Shown here piece by piece: positions 25,087 through 37,594 of a stretch of DNA of 64,000 nt (the stretch's first letter is position 1; each line of letters opens with the position of its first letter). Made by a program: the position numbers and the translations under genes. The DNA lies in assembly GCF_033153115.1 (NCBI RefSeq), contig NW_026889758.1:50034001-50098000 (forward strand), written 5' to 3'. Below the pieces are notes generated by a model. It made no database searches and was not told the origin of the DNA. It saw only the letters and a program-made list of their open reading frames with translations. Origin of the DNA: Saccostrea echinata. Its lineage: Eukaryota.

Positions 25087-27323
25087 ATTTGTGTATGAAC
25101 TTACGTGACTGTGATATTACATTCCATTTTTTTTTTAAAATATTTGAATTTATATTTATATAAAAATATTTATGAGTCATTTCTTATTTATACATATTTT
25201 ACATTTTATACATTTATACAACTTATATTTGATGTTGGTGCTATTCATTGTTCAGTATTTGCCCAACGTCGTTTTACTTGAAAGAAATACTAAGTATTCA
25301 TGATTGTATGTGAACTCATCCATGACTCCCTTGAAATAAATTTTCAAATGTGATTTATTTTTGCTTTCTTCTCTGTTTAATAAAATAAGTTGTTTACTTT
25401 GACAGCTGTGACCGTGTAAGTCCTTTGGGGACTTAACTGATTTTAATTAACTAAGAAAAAAATAAACAAATAAAATCTTAGAAGTTCTGAACATTTAACA
25501 TTCACTTTTATAATGACAGCGATTTTCCGGATCTGATTATGAAACCTCACCTGGTTTCTTTTTTAGTCTAAATTCGATACATCCGATGTCGATTTTGTGC
25601 TACTGTACGAAACGATTTATCATTTTCTTGTTAAAAATGATTAGAGAATGGCCAAATTGAACAGTTGAAAGATAAATGGTTTGATTTTTTTTTATAAGTT
25701 TAAATGATACTTTGATATGATAACTATAATAACATCCACGGACCGATTATTATCACTTGATCATCAAGTTGATGGATATAACATGTAAGCACAGGGGCTT
25801 GCTCCCGGCTTATAATAATTTATGAAGGACATAAACAACGTACCTTACCTACTGATAATTTTTCAAGATATTCTTAATTTAAGATTATAGTGCCATCAGA
25901 TGTTCGTAGGCAAAAAATCAGCATGCATTACCGGAGGTTTTGAAAAGATATCAATTGATGAAAATTTCAAAGAAAAATATACAAAAAATACTAAACATAT
26001 ATTCTAGATGTTTTGTTTATCCAAAGTTGTTTTAGAAGAAGTGTACAACAGCATATATAGACATTAAATTATAGCACACAGTTCCTTTAAGTATTGGAAC
26101 TCTTTAACTCCAGGGAAAAAGACAATAAAGTTCAAACTACGTTGTGTATGTCCTTAAAAAAATCACATACGTATTACCTAAACAACAGTATTACATATAT
26201 GACTTTTTAATAAATCATAATTACAAGCCTGGAGCAATCCCCTGTGGTGTAAGGATAGGGACAGTACAGTTGTTTCCTAGTAGCGAATATTTGCCAGCAT
26301 CGAATAATATTTTATTTAAATATTCTTGAAAAATGAGGGGTTTCAAAATTTCTTACAAGGTGAATACAATAAAAGGATTAACATTTTACCCCTGTGTAGT
26401 GTCTTTGTAGCATATGAATGATTATTTTCCACAATATTTACAAAACTAAAAAATGAATTCAGAACTAGGAAAATAGGGAGGTGTTGTAAATGACATCTCT
26501 GTGCCTGTACCATTCAAATTTGGTACCACTAATTTGAAAAGCATAGAAATACAAATAACAACCAAGAACATTTGGAACTTCGACCTTGTAGGTTGAGTGC
26601 ATGACAACAACAAACCAATTTGCTACTGGTAAAACAACTGTATTCAAGTTGATCCCTTTGCAAGACCAATCTCAGTTGTAAATTCCAAAAATACTTTTAC
26701 AAGAAAATTTTGAGTTTATCAGGACGAAAAATTTTGAAAGGAATTGCTGACAGGTATGGTCTATTGCAAGAGTGACCCTTCTTTTTATTGTTTCAAAATT
26801 TTATAATGAAAAGGGGATTAACTCAAAAATTTTCTTCATAAAGAAAATTGAGTTATTATCAATAAAATTGATCAACCAGTAGGACAGTAGCATTTAGACT
26901 AGTGTGGCAGTGCCTGAGAAACTAAATCTTATTTTTGGGGCTCTTCTATACATTACCAATTTTATTTTTAACACTTGCCAATGGATAGTAGCAGTAATCA
27001 GATAATGTTGGGGCTTTCTTACATATTTAGTGTAGATATACTTTCCTCTGGGTTGAAATTCCATGGGTTTATGTTTCCAGTTTAGTTTTCTAGTCCAAAA
27101 ACTAATGAATTTGTATGCAGTTACAATTCAACTAAACATATAGACTGGAAATTAAAACACTAGTTACATGTAGTTGATGAGAGATGTAATTGACCCTTTA
27201 TGTTATTCATGTCTTACAAAATCTGTGCATCCATAGTTTTTCCATGTACAATGTGGTTTTTCAAATCTTGAAAAATTTTCTCAATATTAAACAAATATAA
27301 TAATTAAATTTTAACAGTGATTT

Positions 27324-28929
27324 ATGGAGTCCAAAGTAAAACAGAGAACAAAGGAATGGTTTGACATACGTCAATCAGTTTACCTGACATCATCAAAGTT
27401 TGGAGATGCTCTTGGAGTTGGAATGGGTAAACCTTATGATTTCTTCCTCTCCTTGATGTCAGATGATAATGATGAAGATGAGGAAGAAATAATGGAATCA
27501 TCACATACACAACATGGAATAACGATGGAGGAGATCATCCTGGAATGTTACCACCTTCTGACAGGGCACAAGACAAGGGAGTCTGGTTTTTGGGTGTCCA
27601 GGGACAGGATCCTTCAAGATCTGATAGGTACATCTCCAGATGCAGTCGTTGTGGATGATCAAGAGGAAGACATTGGGTTGTGTGAATTTAAGGCTCCTAT
27701 ATACAGAATGTACAAGACAGATAATACAGTACAGGGTAATTTAGTCATTTATATTTGTAAATACAAGGTAAATTCTAAGAGCAAGGTATTTACATTTGCT
27801 AGTGCAAGTCAAAAATTTCTTTGTACATTTTTGTACACACAGTTTAGTGCAAAGAATCTTCTGCCCAACAAGACATATTGTTATAACATATTATTGAAAG
27901 TAGTAACCTTTTCTTATCTCCTGATCTAATATTAAGCACTGCATCCAAAAAAGAAGGGAAAAAAGCCTTGGGAACCAAACCTGTCTATTATTTCTACTAT
28001 ATCTTTATTTGAAAAGTGGCAATGATTTTCTTTACAATTTCCATTATTTCAGGTATACCTCGACATTATATGGCCCAGATACAGGGGCAGCTGGCCATCA
28101 CAGGACTTCCATGGTGCAATTTCTTGGCTGTTTGTAAAAATACAAAAGAAATCATGTTAAAAAAAGTATATTTTCACCCAGAATACTGGAACAATGTAGA
28201 AAAGATTCTGAAACAGTTCTGTTATGCTTTACAGGTAAGCTGTGCAGCACAAAAGGTGTTAGTACACATATGACAGGCATTATACTTACAACTTTGAATA
28301 CAATCATTTTATATTCACTTACAATATATTGTAATAAACTTAAGTTCTGTGCACATACATGTACATATATCTTTAAAACAAATATGGGAACTTTTAATAC
28401 AGAAACTATGTATCTTTAGATAAAATAGGTGAATATTTAAAGCAGAAATTCGATTTTTATAATAAAGGTCAAATTAACAATATGATTGTCTAACAATTTT
28501 AAATAGAATTGAATAAGTGTTGACAAACTCCTTGATATTGTTTTTTTTTTTTTCAAATACATGTATGTAATATAAATCTTATTCACTCTGTATGAGTAGG
28601 ATGCCAGATTGAGGAAAGAGTTGGGTTATGATCCACTGGATTTTGAGGGAGCAAGGAAACTAGAAACTTGGCCAGTACAAATAGATTATCTACCTGGTGA
28701 GCTGTCAATCAAAGTTGAGGACCTCCTCCAAATTGACAAACGCAAGCGCTTCAGTGGTCCATCCAATGTTTGGCTGTCATTTGATTTCCTGATTGGTCAG
28801 TCTTATTCTCTACCTCCTTGTTTACAGGAATATGCCCAAAAAATGATTAACGAAGTGGATGAACAGTTAAGATGTAAGAGAAGGAAGATCGAAGAGCAAA
28901 CTGTTGTTAACGCAAATGGACGATCATGA
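27324..28929 (+). CDS. YqaJ-like / lambda-exonuclease family PD-(D/E)XK nuclease, 307 aa, three coding exons
   Basis: Exons 27324-27735, 28053-28234, 28600-28929 (924 nt, phases 1 and 0 consistent). Motifs QRTKEWFDIR, LTSSKFG, HGITMEE, GTSPD, CEFKAP, YMAQIQGQL, WCNF. Probable upstream UTR exon ending at 26753. Confidence 0.88.
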
Positions 28930-30572
28930 TAATTTGAGTTATTTGTAATCATTCACAAATTTCATACTAAATTATATTGTTCCATTTCTAAATTTGATTA
29001 ATACTAGGGAATGAATTGGACATCTCTAGCATTCTGTGATAATATCAAACAGTTTGACACATGTTGAATCTAGATTTAGTGAAAGCTTTGTCTGGGCTTG
29101 AAGGTCAAATTGTTTAAATGTCATCTAAAGACATTAAAAATATAAACTTTTTTTATGATCTGAAGATATACTTGACATGTACCAATATCTATGTACTGTA
29201 CTATATATATATTATAGTATATAATCATAATATATATTAATAAATTGTAATTGAATTTTGACATATTACATGTTAAACATGGTAAACATGCTCTTACCCT
29301 GTATTAATGTTTGTAATTCAAAAATAAATCTGTAAGATTCATTTCCTAATGATGCTAATTTGATGATATTTAAATAGAATAGATACAGTATTATGATAGT
29401 ATATATAAGGTCATTAATAACAACGTATTTGTTCTTTCCATCTGTCCATTTAGTATATGTAAATAATATACGAAACTCAGTGTTCACTTACATGTAGCAA
29501 CAATTGTGTTAAAATAATTCAAACCTCTCTCTTTGACCTTGTTATTTGGACAATTCTTCCTCTGGGCACCATGGATCTCTGCAGTAAGTTTGAAAGTGAA
29601 AGGTTCAAGAGGTCTTTTAACATGTCCACAGTTTAGCTCACACCTATTACTGTCATTGACCTTTAGAGTTAAGATCATGCCACATGCCTTTCTGTGGCAA
29701 AGATCAAGTGGTAATTCTCATAAACTGTCTATAACTTAGTTTAATCATCATTTGTCTTTGTTCATGATCTTTTAGACCCTCAAAATCAGTGTTCTTTTGA
29801 TGACCACCTTGCATTTCTGTTGCAAATAAGAAATTGAAAATATAAGTAAAGTCAAACCTTGTTATCTAGAACTTGATGGGACCAAGAAAAAACTTCTAAG
29901 ATGTCCAAGCATTTGAATAAGTGGTTGGGACTTCCAAATCACTTCATCATATCCATGGTATTCGAGATATCAGTGTTTGAGATATCTATAAATTTTACAC
30001 ATATCATTGCCTGTGGTTTGACCTTAAATGTTTTGACCTAGAAATCAGTAGGCTTCTTCCTCTTGCTCTTATACATCTCTCTGCATCTCTCTGCAACATT
30101 GACATGAATTATAATATGGGCCAGCTTCTACAGTTCCTTGCAACTTTGATCTGAGGGGATAATTAATATAGAGAGGAAAATAATTTTTAACACATTCCAT
30201 ATATTCATTTATCTTCTTCAGTTGTAATCTTGTATTCTCAACTACCCCCCCCCCCTCCTCAAAATCCTCACCACAAGTACAAAAACCAGTTATAATGGTA
30301 CATATTCCCTTGCAAACTTTGTTATTGGGGGATAATAAATGGCATTTTTATGTCAAAGTATTTATGAGAATTTTTTTTTTAACAAATTACTAATTGAAAC
30401 TTCAGTAATCAAAATAGCAAATCTTATGTTCACATTAATTTATTGAAATGTCAATAATGACAATTTACAATAATAATATTTACATGTACATTGGTATGGT
30501 TCATCACTCATGATAATGTACAGAACACAGACTGAATATTTACTGGAGTGACAGTTTTTTTGTGACTTGAAT

Positions 30573-33500
30573 TTATCTTCTGTAGCGATATCGTTTAAAA
30601 TGGAACCACAGTTGGAAAATGTTATTCTGAAACTGACAACGAAATCCATGTTTGTAAGAGTATTCCCACTCTCTGTGTACAATTTTGAAGGCAATGTCCT
30701 GAAAAGTAAAGATACATGAAAAGCTTTGTTCCTCATCTACGAATTTTGAGACATTCATCGACATTCTTTGAATTAATCAGGAGAGGAAAATTTCAGGGTT
30801 GAACAATGTTTTCCTTCGTTGAAACCAAGAATGGGAGACATAACAAGCAATAACATCTGAAATTATGCACTTTCCTCAAACATAGTTTGAAAACATTACT
30901 TTAATTTTTCATTTTAACATAGTGCTCATAATTGTGTAATTATACACAATGAAAAAATTCATTGCAGTTTTTGAAAATGTGTAGTAAAAAGTACATTGTG
31001 CTTACTTCATAAGGTGGCCCAGCATGAAATCTTAGAACAGCAAAATCTTTGTTGTCTTCTATAGGTGTCTGAAGTAGAAACATTCATTAATATAATTATA
31101 CACAGGCAAGGATGTTTTTGGTCGAACTGAAGAAAAAACTCACAATATTGTAAGGAGATATTTGTATCTTCATATTTTTGTAAAATTCAGTTACTTACTA
31201 ATGTGTACTCGGGGGTATCTGTCTTGTCAATCAAATCTGGATAAAATATCTGAAAATAAAAAAGGAGACCCATGTCCCACAAAGCTACCTGATTCATCAG
31301 TTAACAAAGTTTAAAGGGTCATTTCATGACTCTAGTAACTTATGGTTGCTTGTGCAGCAAATTGTAATCTTGCTGTTCTGATATAGATTTTTTTATGAGT
31401 TTTGTTTCTTACATAACCTTTGTCAAACTGTGATTACCTAGTCCTATTGTGGCCCAACCCAAGCTATGAGAACCATGGTTTCTCCACAACATCAGGATGT
31501 ATGCACATTAAACTACGTGTATCTAAATGTAGCTCTGCTGTTCTTGAAGAATGTGAGATATTGACTAATTTTTAAACATTTACATCATCTATTTGCAGCC
31601 CCACCCTAGCCTGTGGGGCATGATATAAACAAGCATAAATCTACATTATACGAGAATGCTTATGTATAATGCTAATGCAAACAGTTGTGACTCTGCTGAC
31701 TCTGAGAATCAAAAAGTTAAAAGATTCTTTTCCATATTTCAAATATTAATTTTGAACCCCCTGTTGTGAACCCACCCTGCCCTAGGGACCATGATTTGTA
31801 TAAATTTGAATCTATTATTTGAGAATGCTCACCAATTTTTCAACCACTTATGAGCTGGCTATAAATTTTATTTGATGAAATACAAAATTCATTCATGGAA
31901 AAAGTTTTTTAGAATGATAAAAATTAAAAATGTGTCTGCAACATATACATGTACTGTATTCAACAGTATATTGATAGGTATTAAACTAAAAAAAAATTCA
32001 ACATTAATTGTGATACGGATAAGGTTTGATTTCAGAATTATATCCTCTTTGCATAAGTAATACATGTAAATGAAGAGGTACCAGTAATTGAATGAATAAG
32101 TGCAAAATAAAATGAATGAAAAGTAATACATGTAAATTAAGCAGTATTGTACATTTTACACAGCTTAATGTTAAGAAAATCCTACCCTACATGTATTTTA
32201 CAATTAACTAATAATTTCCCCTAAGAATGGAGTAAAGCCCTTCATTTGAGCAAACTTTAATCCTCCTAACCGAAGGATACATGTACTTTGTACAAGATTT
32301 GGTTGAAATTCTCATGGTGAATCTGAAGAAAATGTCAAAAAGTGATTTGATAACAGACAGATACATGGAATGATAGATGGCTAACAAACAAACTTCAATC
32401 AGAAAAAAATCACTCAAGCCCTAAGCTCCTGTGAGCTAAGAATGAAACATGAATTTAAAGCAATATGAGCTGCATTTTTGAGAATTTTATTTTGCTGTTA
32501 AAATGTGCTGTTATGATGTAACTGTATGTAACTTAAACTTTTATGATCAACTAGAATAAAATAAAGTATTAAATTATTAAAGTATTAAAGTATTAATGCA
32601 GCTAATAAAAGTGTTCCATTTAAACCTGCAAAATTTACAAAATCACAACGAAAAAATAAACAAAGACCAAAATGGATGACTACAGATTGCTTACTCCTAC
32701 GAAAAGAAGTTAGAAATTTAGGGAAGAAAGTACACAAATATCCAAACAACTGTGAACTAAAACATGCCTTTGCAAAATGTAGAAAAGATTATAATAAACT
32801 AAGGAAAAGTCTTAAATCTAATTTTTACAATAGTATTGCAGAAGAAATTAACACGCTCTCGCCACAAAACTCCAGTAAATTTTGGAATAAGATAAAAGAA
32901 AATAAATCAAAGAAAACTAATGCAGAAACAATTGGAATTTCAGAATTCGTTGACCACTACAAATCCTTACTGAACATTCAATATACTGATGAAGAGAGCT
33001 TGAAATACAAGTACACTGAACTAAATACTGAACCAAATCCATTAGACTTTTTGTTTACTCAAGATGAAATAGAACAAAGCATTTTAAAGCTGAAAAATGG
33101 TAAAAGTGCTGGGCCTGACTTAATTTTAAATGAGTTTATTAAAACAAACAATACTACCCTTTTACCTGTCCTTACAAAACTGTTTAATATTCTACTTAAA
33201 AATGGAAAAATGCCCAAAGAATGGAACCTTTCACTTATAACATCATTATACAAAAATGGTGATCCTAATAATACAAACAATTATAGGGGTCTCAGTGTTG
33301 CAAGTTGTTTAGGAAAACTTTTTACAGGCCTTCTACAGAAACGCTTAGATAATTATCTTGAGTCAAATAACCTACTAAGTCAATATCAATCTGGATTTAA
33401 AAAAGGTCATAGGACCACTGACAATATATTTGTACTAAAAACACTTGTAAACAAATATCTTTATACAAAGAAACAGAATTTATATGTGTGCTTCGTAGAT

Positions 33501-36500
33501 TTTTCAAAAGCATTTGATACTGTGTGGAGATCTGCACTTTTATACAAATTGAATAAAAAGGGTATTGGTGGTAACTTTCTCAAACTTTTGACAGACATGT
33601 ATACAAATACATACTATTCTTGTAAAAAGGACAATCAAATGAGTGAAAAATTTAAAGCTAATAGAGGAGTCAAACAAGGTGATAATTTAAGTCCAACACT
33701 TTTCAATATCTTTGTTGATGATTTTGTGAATTATCTTAAAAATGTAAGCACATATCCTGCATATCTAGATACTATGCCAATAAATCATATGTTTTTTGCT
33801 GATGATCTGGTCCTTGTATCAGAATCAGAAGTTGGTCTACAAAACTGTATAGATGTTTTAGGAAAATATTGTTCAGACTGGAAATTGTGTGTTAATATGG
33901 ATAAAACAGATGTTATGATTTTTTCAAGAAAAACAGATGATGAAACATCATTTAGATTTTATTACAATCACCAAATGATTAACATAACGAATGAATATAA
34001 ATATTTGGGTGTTGTGTTCAGATCTGATGGAAAAATGAAATTTGCAGCTGAACAACTATCAGAATGTGCTAGGAAAGCATATTATGCTATTAAATCAAAT
34101 TTTCCTGCAAACATTAATTTTTCAGCTGAAATTATGTTAAAATTATACCAGTCAATGATAATACCAATTATTACATATGGATCTGAAGTATGGATAACTG
34201 ACTTCAAATGTGATTTAATGTCTTCAGACCAATTTCCTTTTGAAAAAACACAACACTTAATATTTAAAGACATACTAGGGGTACATAGAAAGGCATCAAA
34301 TCTTGCTGTTTTATGTGAATTGGGTCGTTTTCCTTTGTACTATTTATGTTATGAATATATGTTTAAATATTTTAAGAGACTTAAGGAAATGGAAAACAAA
34401 CATGATTATAATAATTATTTAGTGATTTCTGCATTTAAAGAAGACAAAAAACTTGTATCTAGAATATCTTGGCAAAGAAAACTGTCTTCATTACTACAAA
34501 AATTAAATATCACTTCTTTGGATATTTCTCACACAACCTTGAAAAACAAATTACAAGAGCATTACCTAAACAAGATACATGAACAACTGAAAAATATAAG
34601 CAAATCAAACTCTGGAAAGTTAGCTTTTTATAGTAAAATTGTAATTCAAAATGAATACAAATTGCAAAGTTATTTAAAGCTGCCTTTAAAGAAAAGTTTT
34701 AGATCTGTATTAACAAAATTAAGGATCAGTGCCCATCCATTATATATTGAAACGGGCAGATACTGTAAACCCCCTATTCCTAGAGAAAAACGTTTATGCT
34801 ATTCATGTAAATTATTTATTGAAGATGAAAAACATTTTGTTCTATACTGTTCAAAGTATGACCAATTTAGAGGCAATTATACTGATATATTTAATGTAAA
34901 CACATATACTAGTGATAATCCCATTAGAAAAATTGTCAATCCTACAAATATTACAACTGCTAGAAGGATATGTTGTTTTTTGAAAAAGTGCTTTGACACC
35001 AGAAAAGAAAGTCAGCAATGAATACTTAGAAATATGTGAATATACTCTACATTATTTTGTTCAACTCACATTTGTCACTTTGTATATGTATGTATTATTC
35101 TTGTTAATTCGTTTTATGTCATGACTGTATGCCGACATGGTAATTGTCAATAAAGTGAATTGAATTGAATTAAATTGTTACAGAATGTACAATAGAATGT
35201 ACAGTATTATATAAGAAATCAATATTGTACAGGACCACAATAATGTAATTTTGCTTCAATCAAAGCTTATAAATAGTTCTTCCGTCGCAAATATGAACAA
35301 CAGACGTTCACAAACATTCTTTTTTCTGTCACTGAAATAGTTAATTACAATTTTGCGACAAAAAAATTTCGACATCAAAGTTGCAGCTCATATTGCTTTA
35401 ATATTCAATATGAATACCCTGTACCTGTAAAATTAAGAGTTATTGGGTGTCAATATTGTAATGGAATAAATTCTTACATTAAATTTGTATCCCTGTACAA
35501 TCTTGGGTGGAGGATTATCAATGTCATAATGGGTCTGATTGTACTTGTTCCACTCAAAGCCAGTGTGAACTCGGTTAAAGAACCGTGGTTTACGAGGACG
35601 ATACTTGTCAGACCATAAAAATTTCTGGTGCTCCGTAGGAATTTCTACACTGAATGTTGCCTCATCATCATTCATTCCCTCCCTGGCTTTCTTCTCAAAT
35701 TCTGTCTCTCCATCCAACTAAAGTGAAATACAGAATTTATCATATGACTTAACTATGAAGCTATTGCAACTGTACCATGACCTATCCAGTAAATAACATG
35801 TAAACTCTACCCTGAATTAGATAAACTAGATAACACTTACAACTACTGAAAGCAAATCTTGACCAGTTAAATGGATATCAACTACAGCTAATAATTTTAC
35901 TCTTACCCTGACTCGCCCTGTTGATAACACTTGCTGCCTGGCCAGCTCCAGTTTTCTCATGTCATCTGTGGGGTCATACACAACAGTATCAATCTCTAGT
36001 TCACTCGGCCTGAGTAGTTTAGGGGAGTAATTTCCAGCTTCATAATCAATGTAAGATTGATCCTCCAAGTCTTCTTCTGTAATCAGTGCCTCATCACTGT
36101 AACAATAAAATAAGTTGTAGTTTATCATGCCTTATCCTCATTATCAAATCATTTCATACACTATGTGTTGTGGTTTTCAACTGCATGTCACAATAAATAT
36201 TCAAGAAAGGAAAATCATCAGCGGGGCATCAGCGAATAGATTTTATGTCATATATATTATTATATTATTATATATTTTAATGTAGATGTACAATTACATA
36301 ATCTATAGTTTATTAATTTATTTATTAAAAGATGTTAGCTCTTATGTACTCTTGAATTTTAGGTCTCATTTGGAAATTTTTTTAAAAAATTTGTATCTCC
36401 AGTAGACCTGTTCTCAGTGTTTAATAAGGTAGTTTCAGTTAGGATCTTACTCTTCATCATCTGCCTCTGTACTAGGTCCAGGACGGGGCTCCTCCTCCCC

Positions 36501-37559
36501 TGGCTCTGTTTTGACAGCACTGGTGGATGGTCCTGGTGAAGGTTGGTTCTCTCTGGTATCAGGAGGGGCAGGAGATTGGGTCTTACTGCCAGAGGGTGCT
36601 GGTGACAGTCTCCTGAGACCAGAGGGCGCTGGTGATAGTCTCCCAAGACTAGAGGGGGCTGGCGAATTCCTTCTGTCTGGTGTGCTGTTGTTGCTGCTAC
36701 CCCGAGACACACCAGAGGGAAACAGAGGACCAGAGTCAATTCCTTGCTGTAAACATTGAACAGGATTATTTGTAAAAGGAAAGGTACTGTATAATTTGAG
36801 TGCAGGACTCTACATGTTACATTTTTATTGTACAACATAACTAGAATTTGATTACCACAATATTTTCAAATTTTAAAAAGCTCACATATTTGTACAATAT
36901 AAAAGAATACTTTTTATAAATTATCTAGAAGTTTATTAATTATCTCAGATAATTTCAAAAAGGTTTTAATTTTGTGGTCTTACTCTGTCACACCTAGTAA
37001 AAATAAAACCCTATTCAATATAGGAATGTACATGTAAAGAATACTTTTTGTAGATATAATTAAAGAAAACAACATAAACTAAGTAATCTTTTCTTAAGGC
37101 TGCAGACTAACCTCTTGTTTCAGTTTGAAGAGTTTCTGTCTGAGATTTTCTTGGTGCCTCTCCATCAGTCTTGTTCTGGCCATGTGTGCCTTCAGCTGCT
37201 GAAGTAGTGACTCCCAATATCCTAAAATAAGTAGCAATGAATAAGAAGACATGATCTTATCTTATATCCACAGCCTCATAATGCATATCCAAACTCTCTC
37301 TCCATGTTGTATATACAATTGTACATTTATTTCACTAATCTACCGGATATATCATAAACACTTGCCATACTCCTTATCCACAGGTATTATCCAGTAAAAC
37401 ACTGCCCATTCTCTTTCCCTCTTGCATACACTTTCAAATTGCATATGTAATCCACTGAACCACTGAACCATGTTTATGTGTACCCATTATCCAGATTTTA
37501 AAAATGTATGATTGCTAAGCATGGACCCTTGCAATAATACACTACAGAACACACACTCT

Positions 37560-37594
<35 letters not shown>

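Larger units (their letters stand above)
32459..35397. mobile_element. Kolobok-type MITE (~360 bp without cargo) interrupted by a LINE
   Basis: TTAA|AGCAATATGAGCTGCA ... TGCAGCTCATATTGCT|TTAA: perfect 16-bp TIR and TTAA TSD. Confidence 0.8.

Noticed and set aside
27318-27320. In-frame TGA just upstream of the YqaJ ATG as possible selenocysteine
   Set aside because: The upstream exon has stops in that frame, I could not identify a SECIS, and the domain begins right after the ATG.
32676-35021. Stand-alone domesticated RT gene acting with the YqaJ nuclease
   Set aside because: It has a LINE 3' tail, a 5' truncation and lies within a MITE in a cactin intron. Proximity to YqaJ appears coincidental.
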